Below are positions 20,327-28,849 of a DNA stretch of 64,000 bases, piece after piece (position 1 is the stretch's first letter; every line of letters starts with the position of its first letter). Both the position numbers and the translations under genes were made by a program. This DNA is from Methylocella sp. (lineage in GTDB: Bacteria > Pseudomonadota > Alphaproteobacteria > Rhizobiales > Beijerinckiaceae), in the NCBI RefSeq assembly GCF_044226135.1, contig NZ_JBGAHM010000005.1:66327-130326 (forward strand), read 5' to 3'. The notes below the pieces were generated by a model. The model saw only the letters and a list, made by a program, of their open reading frames with translations, was not told the DNA's origin and did no database searches.

Positions 20327-20545
20327 CGATCCTCGACTCGTGTCGCGGGCCGGGCCGGCGCCGAAGATGTGCGGCGCCTGACGGCCGGGGCGGTTCAAGA
20401 CGTTCGTCATTTTAAAAATGGAAGGCCGAAGACGACCCTCAGATATTTGTTCAAATCAATGCGGACGGGCGTTCCGGGCGATCGGCGCCGCGACGCGTCG
20501 CGTCGGATATGAGCGGCGTGTCGGATAGGTGCGGCGTGTCGAAAG

Positions 20546-20568
20546 CGCCGGGGGCGGCCCCCGGCGCG
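20546..20568 (-). terminator. GC-rich palindromic hairpin between the GT2 and AT3 genes
   Basis: GCGCCGGGGGCgGCCCCCGGCGC, located 17 nt downstream of the GT2 stop. The weak T-tract (tttcg) on the minus strand suggests an attenuator or partial terminator. Confidence 0.4.
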
Positions 20569-20584
20569 AGGCGTTCGGGCGGGG

Positions 20585-21613
20585 TCAGGTCTCCATGATC
20601 GACTTGACGCCGGAATGACTTTTCTGGAGCGCCTTGACCGTCGACGCGAGAACGTCGCGCAGGCTCTGCGGCGCGGCGATGGCGACGGCGGCGCCAAGCG
20701 CGCGCCAGTCCGTGAACAGGAAGAACGGGCGCAGCGCGAGCGCCCGCAGCATCAGCGCCAGCGCGTCGCCGCGCCGGCCGCAGGACACGGCTTTCCAGGC
20801 GGCGATGCGGTAGTGTTCGGCGTGGCCGGCGCGCATCACGCGCTCGGGCACGTTGGGCATGTCCCTGCGCAGGATGGCCATGGCCATGTCGGCGTAGCCG
20901 ACGAATTTGCGCGAATCGAACGAGAGGCTGCTTTCGCGCAGCCGGTAGAGCGTGAGCGGCCGCGGGATGAGCTGGGCCTCATAGCCTGTCATCCACAATA
21001 TGCGGCGCCACATCTCATAGTCTTCGCAGCTCCTGAGCTCCGGCAGGAACAGTCCCGCCTCCTCGAAGCAGGCGCGCCGCGCCACGACCGTCGAGCCATT
21101 GCCGAAATGATTGCGGCGGATCATGTCGTGCAGGGAGGGATGGGCCTTGCCCGCGAGCAGGATGTCTCCGCTGCGCGCGCCGGCCTCCGTCATATATTCG
21201 GAATGGCTGAAGGTGAGCCCGATCGAGGGGTCGCCCGTCATGACGCCGAGATGCAGCGCGGCCTTCTGCGGCAGCCAGACGTCGTCGCCGTCGAGCAGCC
21301 CGATGAATTCGCCGCGGGCGGCGAGAATGCCGGCGTTGCGCGCGGCCGAAAGCCCGCCGTTGTCCTGGCGCAGGATGCGCAGGCGCGGATCATCGAGCGC
21401 GGCGGCGAGCCGTGCGAGGACGCGCGGCGTGTCGTCGGTCGATCCGTCGTCGACGACCACGACTTCGAGGTCGCGCATCGTCTGGGCCAGCGCGGAGCGG
21501 ACGGCGGCCTCGATATAGGGCGCGACATTATAGGCCGGAATGACGATCGAGAGCGGCGGCGCGCGCTCTGACGCGTCGGCGTCCGGCGACGGGCGTGGGT
21601 CTTCGGCGTTCAT
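20585..21613 (-). CDS. family 2 glycosyltransferase
   Basis: LSIVIPAYNVAPYIEAAVRSALAQT, VVVVDDGSTDDT and a LLDGDD DxD motif. Start at ATG 21613 overlaps the upstream stop (ATGA). Confidence 0.88.
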   Translation of the reverse strand: MNAEDPRPSPDADASERAPPLSIVIPAYNVAPYIEAAVRSALAQTMRDLEVVVVDDGSTDDTPRVLARLAAALDDPRLRILRQDNGGLSAARNAGILAARGEFIGLLDGDDVWLPQKAALHLGVMTGDPSIGLTFSHSEYMTEAGARSGDILLAGKAHPSLHDMIRRNHFGNGSTVVARRACFEEAGLFLPELRSCEDYEMWRRILWMTGYEAQLIPRPLTLYRLRESSLSFDSRKFVGYADMAMAILRRDMPNVPERVMRAGHAEHYRIAAWKAVSCGRRGDALALMLRALALRPFFLFTDWRALGAAVAIAAPQSLRDVLASTVKALQKSHSGVKSIMET

Positions 21614-23076
21614 GGGCTCTCGTCTCCTGAATGCGGCGTGCGGCGGCGCGGTCCGGCCGGGCTCCGGCGGCAAGAAAAAATCGGATCGAGCGCGCGCGCG
21701 GCGCGCTCCGGCGCGCGCGAGAGCGGCCGGGCGGGGTCGTCGCGCAAGGCGGCCGGCGCGGCGACGGCGGAAGGGGCGAGCGCGGCGCCGATGAAGGCGA
21801 AGAGAAAGACGCAGGGCAGCGTCAGGTTGAACAGCGCCTCGTAGCGGCAGTAAAGCGCGAGGCACAGGAACAGCCCGAGCGCGACGATCAGTCCGTCGCG
21901 GCGCGGGTCGTCGGCGGCCAGCGTGAGATAACGCCGCACGAGCCCGACGAAGGTCAGGGCCATGGCGAGGACGAAAGCGGCGAAGGTCGGCGCGCCGCCC
22001 ATGTAGAGCAGGCCGTAGACGGTGGAGTGGCTGCCGATCGGCAGGTTCTCCTTGGCGTGCACGGAGTCGCCGATCCAGCCATGGCCGATCAGGGGCGATT
22101 CGAGAAAGCCTTCGTAGCTTTTTTCATAGATGAGGTCGCGCGCGAGGCTCGATCCGGCGCGGGCGGCGTTGGCCTTGTCCTGGATCTGCGCGATTTCGGC
22201 GATCGGGTCGACGCCCATCAGCGGCAGGGCGAACAGCCCGCACAGGCCTGCGCCGACGACGAGGAGCTTCATGCCGCGCGGCGCGCGCATGAAGACGATC
22301 AGCGCGCCGACGACCGCGAGCGCGGCGATGGCGATGCGGCTCCAGCTGAACACGGTCGCCACCGCGCCGCCGCTCACGCCGAGGACGCGCCACAGGAGAT
22401 TGCGTTCGAGCAGGCTGATGAAGGTCACGGCGAGCGCGCCGAGCCCGAGCGCGGGCGCCCACGGAAAGAACAGCACCAGCCGCGTCGTCAGTTCGCCGAG
22501 CGTTTCTTCGGTCTGGTAGATCAGCGCCGCCGTGTAGAAGGTGACGGTCGGGCTTTTGGGCAGCAGCAGCCCGAGCGGCGTCGGCCAGATATAGAGCGCG
22601 CGACGGCCGAGGAGATGGCCGACCGCGGCGACGCCGGCGAGAATCAGCATGTAGAGTCCGACCCAGGCGACGGCGCGGACGGCGCGCGGATCGTCGAGCC
22701 GGTGCGCCGCGCCGGCGGCGACGGCGAGCCCGCCGAAGCCCCAGCCGACGACGCCGAATCCGGCCGCATTGGCGAAGCCGCGCGCGTAGTCGCCGAGCGC
22801 GACGCCGTTGAGGATCGCGGCCGCCGCCTGCGACAGGCCGATCGCGAACCAGCTCGCAATAATGACGTTGATCATTTTCCCGCGCGGCCAGCGCTCGGAG
22901 GCGAGCCGCAGCAGCATCAGCGCGCAGGCCGGGGCGAGCGCGCCGAGGAACCAGAGCGCGGGAATGGCGCGCAGATAGGCGCGATAGAGCGCCGCGCCGC
23001 GCAGAACGGCGGCGAGGCGGGGCGTGGCGCGCGCCGGCGCCGCGGCGAGGGCGGGGACGGCCGCGCCGGCGCTCAC
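21610..23076 (-). CDS. O-antigen polymerase/ligase-like (Wzy-type) polytopic membrane protein
   Basis: About 11-12 TM helices with one larger loop (IQDKANAARAGSSLARDLIYEKSYEGFLESPLIGHGWIGDS). Sits between the flippase and the GT2 and is translationally coupled at both ends. Confidence 0.6.
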   Translation of the reverse strand: MSAGAAVPALAAAPARATPRLAAVLRGAALYRAYLRAIPALWFLGALAPACALMLLRLASERWPRGKMINVIIASWFAIGLSQAAAAILNGVALGDYARGFANAAGFGVVGWGFGGLAVAAGAAHRLDDPRAVRAVAWVGLYMLILAGVAAVGHLLGRRALYIWPTPLGLLLPKSPTVTFYTAALIYQTEETLGELTTRLVLFFPWAPALGLGALAVTFISLLERNLLWRVLGVSGGAVATVFSWSRIAIAALAVVGALIVFMRAPRGMKLLVVGAGLCGLFALPLMGVDPIAEIAQIQDKANAARAGSSLARDLIYEKSYEGFLESPLIGHGWIGDSVHAKENLPIGSHSTVYGLLYMGGAPTFAAFVLAMALTFVGLVRRYLTLAADDPRRDGLIVALGLFLCLALYCRYEALFNLTLPCVFLFAFIGAALAPSAVAAPAALRDDPARPLSRAPERAARALDPIFSCRRSPAGPRRRTPHSGDESP

Positions 23077-24314
23077 GAGGGCGCTCCCGCTTCGCTCATG
23101 CGCGGCGCGGCGCGCGGGCCGAACGCCGCGCTCGCCCGCGCGGTGAGCGCCGTCGCGAGGGCGACATGCAGGATGACGCCAAGGATCGCCCCCAGCGCGC
23201 CGGCGAAGGCCGCGCCGAGCGGAATGACGACGAGGCCGAGCGCGCCCCTGATCGCCGACACGCGGTTGACCGCGTCGAGCGCGCCGATGGCGCGCAGATG
23301 CAGGTCATAGGTCGACAGCAGATAGCGGATCGGCGTCGAGGCGAGCAGCAGCGGCGCGAGCAGCGTGAAGCGCGGCAGGTTGAAGACGAACAGCCCGAGC
23401 GGGACCGCGAGCAGCGCCACGCCGGCCGCGCAGGCCGCGCCGAGCTTGAGCATCAGGCGGCGCAGCGGCGGCAGGGCGCCGTCGGGATCGCCGACGACGG
23501 CCGGATATTTGGCCTGCATCTGCGACCAGCCGGGCGTTTCGGCGACGGTCAGCATCTGGCGCGCGAGGCCGAACAGGCCGAGGTCGGCGCGGCTCATCAG
23601 ATAGGAGGCGATCAGCACGGACGCCTGGTCGACGCCGAGATTCATCGAATCGCCGACGAGGAAGCGCGAGCCTTCGCGCGCCTGCCTGACGAACAGCCTG
23701 AAATCGAGCGGCGCGCGCTTAAGCCGCAGGAAGGCGACGGCGACGCCGGCGAAGCGGAAGGCGGCGAGGATCGCCGCAAAGCCGGCGTAGGACGAGCCGA
23801 ACAGCGCCGCGAACAGCAGGCCGAGCGAATTGGCGGCCGGCGCGATGACGGCCTCGCCCGCCTTGCCCTGCAGGACCTGCAGCGCGTTCAAAAGGTTGCC
23901 CTGCGCGAAAAACGGCCCGCCGAGCGCGAGCAGGAAGATGACCAGCGCCTCCTCATGGCTGCGCCCGGCGAGCGCGCCGAGCACGGCGAGAAAGGGAAGG
24001 CTCGCCGGGACGACGACGAGCGCGGCCGCGCAGCCGAGCGCGTTGCGCACGGGCATGGGCGCGTCCATCCGCGCGAAGACATAGGGCAGGCCGAAGGCGC
24101 CGACGAGGGCGATGACGGCGACGGCGGCCGTCGCGATGGTCAGCGTGCCGGCGGCCGGCAGGCCGAAGCTGCGCACGATGATCGCCGAAAGCAGCAGGCC
24201 GTTGAGATTCTGCAGGACGCGGGCGGCGAGCACGAGGCCGGCCTCATGACCGAAGCGCGCGGAGAGCCGCCGCGCCGTCTGGCGCAGCGCGCCGGCGTCG
24301 GAGCGGGCCGTCAC
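23073..24314 (-). CDS. MOP/Wzx-type polysaccharide flippase
   Basis: 413 aa with about 12 TM helices and Wzx-like length and topology. Overlapping start/stop with its neighbours. No sharp motif, so the call rests on context and topology. Confidence 0.6.
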   Translation of the reverse strand: MTARSDAGALRQTARRLSARFGHEAGLVLAARVLQNLNGLLLSAIIVRSFGLPAAGTLTIATAAVAVIALVGAFGLPYVFARMDAPMPVRNALGCAAALVVVPASLPFLAVLGALAGRSHEEALVIFLLALGGPFFAQGNLLNALQVLQGKAGEAVIAPAANSLGLLFAALFGSSYAGFAAILAAFRFAGVAVAFLRLKRAPLDFRLFVRQAREGSRFLVGDSMNLGVDQASVLIASYLMSRADLGLFGLARQMLTVAETPGWSQMQAKYPAVVGDPDGALPPLRRLMLKLGAACAAGVALLAVPLGLFVFNLPRFTLLAPLLLASTPIRYLLSTYDLHLRAIGALDAVNRVSAIRGALGLVVIPLGAAFAGALGAILGVILHVALATALTARASAAFGPRAAPRMSEAGAPS

Positions 24315-25429
24315 GCCCTGGCGCCCTGAATGAGCGTCGCGGCCACGGGTCGTCGCAGCGGCGTGCGATAGAGCCGGTCGTAGCGTCGCGCCACGTCGTC
24401 CCAGTCGGGCCGGGCGAGCGTCTTGAGCTCGCGCGCCGCCTCGGCGACGGCGTTCGGGTCGGCGACGAGCCGCCCGAGGAGGGCGCCGAGCGCGGCGACG
24501 TCGCGCGGGGCGAAATAGAAGCCGCAGGCCCCGGCGACCGCGCGATTCTCGGGGATGTCGCTGACGATCGCCGGAACGCCATGGGCGACGGCTTCGAGCA
24601 GCGCCATCGACATGCCCTCGATGTAGGAAGGCAGCACGAAGAGATAGGCGTTGCTGAACAGGGCGGCGAGCGCGTCGCCGGACTGGTGGCCGACGAAAAA
24701 CGTCTTCGCCGGGTCGGCCGCGGCGCGCAGCGCGTCATAATAGGCCGGTTCGCGCGAGCCGCCGGCGACGACGAGCTTCATGTCGGTCTGCAGCGCGTTC
24801 ATCGCCGCGATGAGGTCCTGGCATCCCTTTTCGGGGGTGAGCCGGCTCGCGAACAGGACGTAGCGCCCGGGTTCGAGGCCGAGTTCGGCGAACCGCGGTC
24901 CCGGGGCGACATGGGACTTCCGGGGCATGCCGTTTGGAATGAAGCGGGCGGCGACGTCGTAGCGCTCGGCGAAGTAGCGCCGCAGATTTTCGGAGACGAC
25001 CGAGATCTGGTCGGCGTTGGCGACCAGGGTCCGCTCGGCGAGGCTGAGGCTCATGCGCGCCGCCCGGCCCCATTTGTCGCGCTTCTGGTCGAGGCCGTGG
25101 ATGGTCACGAGCGAGCGCTGGCCGAAAAGATGAGTCGCCGCCGAAAGAATGCCCGGGCCGACGGCGTGGAAGTGGACGACGTCGTAGCGGCCCATCGCCT
25201 CGCGCAGCGCGACCAGGCTGCGCGAAATCGTCTCGAAATGCTTGCCGCCGACGGCGGCCGTGCGCAGCGCGCGCACGCCGCCATGGTCCTCGAACGTCAC
25301 GCTGGGATCGGAAAAGACGTCGACCTCATGGCCGAGCCCGCCGAGCCTTGGACACAGCTCGTCAAGAACGCGTTCGATGCCGCCGTAGCCGGAGCCCACG
25401 CCACGAGAGCCGATCATTGCGATACGCAC
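24311..25429 (-). CDS. family 4 (GT-B) glycosyltransferase
   Basis: MRIAMIGSRGVGSGYGGIERV N-terminus. EGMSMALLEAVAHGVPAIVSD EX7E motif. First gene of the minus-strand operon. Confidence 0.85.
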   Translation of the reverse strand: MRIAMIGSRGVGSGYGGIERVLDELCPRLGGLGHEVDVFSDPSVTFEDHGGVRALRTAAVGGKHFETISRSLVALREAMGRYDVVHFHAVGPGILSAATHLFGQRSLVTIHGLDQKRDKWGRAARMSLSLAERTLVANADQISVVSENLRRYFAERYDVAARFIPNGMPRKSHVAPGPRFAELGLEPGRYVLFASRLTPEKGCQDLIAAMNALQTDMKLVVAGGSREPAYYDALRAAADPAKTFFVGHQSGDALAALFSNAYLFVLPSYIEGMSMALLEAVAHGVPAIVSDIPENRAVAGACGFYFAPRDVAALGALLGRLVADPNAVAEAARELKTLARPDWDDVARRYDRLYRTPLRRPVAATLIQGARA

Positions 25430-25881
25430 AACATTCGCCTTTCAAAGTAATTGTCGCAAAAGTTCTGCCTGCGCCGTTCGACCGGCGGAGGTCGGGCGGA
25501 TGCGCCAGATGATCAATTTGATTGTTTTTATTTATTATCAGTCGCCGCCCGGCCTCTGGAGACAGGGCGTCGTCGAGCAGCTTTATATAGAGCCGAGCTA
25601 AAGCTACTCATAATCAAAACATTAAAGTTCTGTCAAATTTTTAAATCATATCGGGGCGCCCCCCGGATCATGATTGTCTCGGACGGCCTGTGTCCTTCGT
25701 GCACATGGCTGATGGCGCGGGTATGATGAGTTTTGACTATCGAATACGGTCATGAAACCTGTCGGGTTATTTGCGGGCGCCTGCACGGCCTGACACGACG
25801 GCGCGCCGGCGCGGGACGCAGGCCATATTGATGGCGATTTCTGATCATTGATGATAGTCATTGTGCTTCAGGAGGTCGTCG

Positions 25882-26997
25882 ATGAACGCCCGGACCCTCG
25901 CCCCGTCGCCCTCGCGCCGGGGCGTCGCCGCCCCGCTCGCCTGCGCCGTCCCGTTCGCCTGCGCCGCCGCGATCGTCGCCGGCGGCGCGGCGGCGGCCGA
26001 CCGGCCCTTTTCGTCGGCCTCCCCCTGGAACACGGCGATTCCCTCAAGCGCCGTCTACGGCTCCGCGCCGGCGGCCCCGGGCCTTCTTGCGGGCGTCGAC
26101 TCCTGGGACGCCCAGAACGTCTGGAGCATTCCCTTCTACAGGGCGACGACCGCGGACGCGTCGCGCCCGCTGCTTTACAATCCCCTCGCCTGGTACAAGG
26201 TGTTTACGGGCGAATGGCGGCGCGCCGGCAATGGCGCGGCGGTCGAGGCCGAGATTCTCGCCTCGTCGAAGACCGCCTTTCCCTATCCCGGCAACGTCTA
26301 TTCGACGACGAAAGCCGGGGCCTGGACCCTGCCGTCGTCCTATAACAAGACGCTCAACCCGGCGTCGCCGCCGGCGCGCTTTTATGTCGGCGCCGCCATG
26401 AAGCCCGCGACCGGCGCCGACGGCCATATGGCGGTGGCCCAGCCGAACGGATCGGTGCTCGAAACCTACGCCACGATCGTCCTGGGCTCGGGCCAGCTCG
26501 TCGCGCTCTCCTACGCCGTGTCGTCGGCGACGGGCCTTGGCGACGGCTGGCAGAACGGGCAGACGGCCTCGATGCTGCCGAGCTACGCCGGGCTGCTCTG
26601 CGACGAGGAGCTTGCGGCGGGCGTGAGGCACGCCATGGCGATCTCGGCGCCGGCGAGCCTTCTTGCGACGCAGATCGCCTATCCGGCCTACGCCTTCGAC
26701 CGCGACGCGACCACGAACCAGCAGCCCTATTCCGGCGCCCTGCCCATGGGCGCGCGGCTCGCGCTGCCGCCCTCGGTTTCGGTCGCCTCGCTCAAGCTCG
26801 CGACGGCCGAGGGCGCGGCGATCGCCGCGGCGGCGAAAACCTATGGCTTCATCATCGTCGATCGCGGCGGAAGCGGCGCGACGATCCGCGTCAATCCGAA
26901 CTGCGCGGCCGCCAATCCGGTCCTGCGCGCCTGGAGCTACGGCCTGCAGAACGACCTCAACGCGATCTTCTCCAGGCTCACGCGGGTCGGCTGGTGA
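25882..26997 (+). CDS. secreted protein of unknown family
   Basis: AGGAGG 7 nt before ATG 25882. Signal peptide ...PFACAAAIVAGGAAAADRP. Ordinary amino-acid composition. Conserved-looking blocks SPWNTAIP, ADGHMAV, HAMAISAP, YGFIIVDRGG. No family recognised. Confidence 0.7.
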   Translation: MNARTLAPSPSRRGVAAPLACAVPFACAAAIVAGGAAAADRPFSSASPWNTAIPSSAVYGSAPAAPGLLAGVDSWDAQNVWSIPFYRATTADASRPLLYNPLAWYKVFTGEWRRAGNGAAVEAEILASSKTAFPYPGNVYSTTKAGAWTLPSSYNKTLNPASPPARFYVGAAMKPATGADGHMAVAQPNGSVLETYATIVLGSGQLVALSYAVSSATGLGDGWQNGQTASMLPSYAGLLCDEELAAGVRHAMAISAPASLLATQIAYPAYAFDRDATTNQQPYSGALPMGARLALPPSVSVASLKLATAEGAAIAAAAKTYGFIIVDRGGSGATIRVNPNCAAANPVLRAWSYGLQNDLNAIFSRLTRVGW

Positions 26998-27145
26998 CCG
27001 CCTGACGGCGTCGAAATCCTGCGCGGCCGCAAACGACGGGCGTTTACGCGCGTTGACCTCGCGCCCGGCGTCCCGGGAGACGCGCCCGCGCCCGGACGGA
27101 AGATCGACGCGACGCGTCCCGGGCGGGCGCCGGGAGGACGTTCAA

Positions 27146-27532
27146 ATGCGCAAGACACTCATCACGGCCTGCGCTTTCGCTTCATGTCTCGTCGTGGGCG
27201 GGGCCTTCGCCCAAGAGGGCGCGCCGGCGAAGCCCGGCGAGACCGCCAAGGGCGCGGCGCTCGTCGACGCGCGGGGCATGACGCTTTACACCTTCGACAG
27301 GGACGAAGGCGGCAAATCGGCCTGCGTCGGCGACTGCGCGAAGCTCTGGCCGCCGCTCGCGGCGGGCGCGGGCGCCGCGGCGCACGGCGGGTTCACCCTC
27401 GTCTCGCGCGGGGACGGCGCCCTGCAATGGGCCTACAAGGGCAAGCCGCTCTACCGCTTCGCGCAGGACGCGAAGCCCGGCGACGCCGCCGGCGACGGCT
27501 TCAAGTCGGTCTGGCGTGTGGCGAAGCCCTGA
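27146..27532 (+). CDS. small secreted COG4315-type repeat protein
   Basis: Signal peptide MRKTLITACAFASCLVVGGAFAQ. Two Y.F..D repeats (GMTLYTFDRDEGGKSACVGDCAKLWPP and GKPLYRFAQDAKPGDAAGDG). Confidence 0.65.
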   Translation: MRKTLITACAFASCLVVGGAFAQEGAPAKPGETAKGAALVDARGMTLYTFDRDEGGKSACVGDCAKLWPPLAAGAGAAAHGGFTLVSRGDGALQWAYKGKPLYRFAQDAKPGDAAGDGFKSVWRVAKP

Positions 27533-27715
27533 CGCCCGACCCTTTGAAGCGCGATTCGCGGCGCGGCGGACGAACCGTCGCCGGAAATTCGTCTCGCCGC
27601 GCTAACCCTGACGCGAAATTGCGCGCCGGCGGAGGGAGAAATCGCCCGTCGCGCGGTTTGCGGCCGGCGCGCGCCGGGCTAGATTCGGCTGAAATGACGG
27701 CCAGGGAGGTTCGAA

Positions 27716-28849
27716 ATGAACGCAGTCGTCGCGGGCTATGCGCGCACCCCCTTCACGCCGGCGGCGAAAGGCGCGCTCGCCGGCGTGCGGCCGGACGATC
27801 TCGTCGGCGCGCTGATTGCGGCGCTCGTCAGCCGCTCGGGCGCCCGCGCCGACGACGTCGAGGACCTCATCGTCGGCTGCGCCTTCCCTGAAGGCGAGCA
27901 GGGGCTCAATCTCGCGCGCATGGCCGGGCTTCTCGCGGGCCTGCCCAAATCCGTCGCCGCCGCCACCGTCAACCGCTTCTGCGGCTCCTCCATGACCGCG
28001 GCCCATATGGCGGCGGGCGCGGTCGCGCTCGGCGCCGGCGAGCTTTTCGTCGCGGCCGGCGTCGAAAGCATGAGCCGCGTGCCGATGGGCGGCTTCAACC
28101 CGCTGCCCAATCCCGCGCTCGCCGAGGTCGAGCGCGGCGCCTATATGGGCATGGGCGAGACGGCCGAGAACGTCGCCGCCAAATGGGCCGTGAGCCGGCG
28201 CGACCAGGAAGCGTTCGCGCTCGCCTCGCAGCGCCGCGCGGCGCAGGCGCAGGCCGAAGGGCGCCTGACGGCCGAAATCGTCCCCGTCGAGACGCGCTCG
28301 GGCGCGATCGCCGCCGACGGCTGCCTCAGGCCCGAGACCACGCCCGAAGGCCTCGCGGCGCTCAGGCCCGCCTTCGACGAGAACGGCGTGGTGACCGCCG
28401 GAACCGCCTCGCCGCTCACCGACGGCGCGGCGGCGGTGCTGATCGCCTCCGAGGACTACGCGCGCCGCATGGGGCTCGACATTCTGGCGCGCATAAAATC
28501 CGTCGCGGTCTGCGGCTGCGCGCCGGAGCTCATGGGGATTGGCCCGATCGGCGCGACGCGCAAGGCGCTCGCGCGCGCCGGCCTCGCCGCGCGCGACCTC
28601 GACGTGATCGAGCTTAACGAGGCGTTCGCGGCGCAGGCGCTCGCCTGCGCGCGCGACCTCGGGCTCGATCTCGAAAAGACCAACATCGACGGCGGGGCCA
28701 TCGCGCTTGGCCATCCGCTCGGCGCGACCGGCGCGCGCATCCTCGGCAAGGCGGCTTCGCTGCTGCGGCGGGAGGGCGGACGCTATGCGCTCGCCACGCA
28801 ATGCATCGGCGGCGGCCAGGGAATCGCCACGATCCTGGAGGCCGTATGA
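27716..28849 (+). CDS. acetyl-CoA C-acyltransferase (3-ketoacyl-CoA thiolase)
   Basis: NRFCGSSM active-site Cys, NEAFAAQ, GHPLGATG and CIGGGQG thiolase signatures. Confidence 0.92.
   Translation: MNAVVAGYARTPFTPAAKGALAGVRPDDLVGALIAALVSRSGARADDVEDLIVGCAFPEGEQGLNLARMAGLLAGLPKSVAAATVNRFCGSSMTAAHMAAGAVALGAGELFVAAGVESMSRVPMGGFNPLPNPALAEVERGAYMGMGETAENVAAKWAVSRRDQEAFALASQRRAAQAQAEGRLTAEIVPVETRSGAIAADGCLRPETTPEGLAALRPAFDENGVVTAGTASPLTDGAAAVLIASEDYARRMGLDILARIKSVAVCGCAPELMGIGPIGATRKALARAGLAARDLDVIELNEAFAAQALACARDLGLDLEKTNIDGGAIALGHPLGATGARILGKAASLLRREGGRYALATQCIGGGQGIATILEAV

Noticed and set aside
21631-24329. Plus-strand ORFs 21631..23310 (559 aa) and 23166..24329 (387 aa) opposite Wzy/Wzx
   Set aside because: Highly charged Arg/Glu/Asp/Gly composition with no domains. 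The minus strand gives membrane proteins with translationally coupled junctions.
25451-25861. ORFs 25451..25726 (+) and 25646..25861 (-) in the AT-rich intergenic region
   Set aside because: No RBS, atypical composition and overlap with each other. The region is better explained as regulatory DNA.
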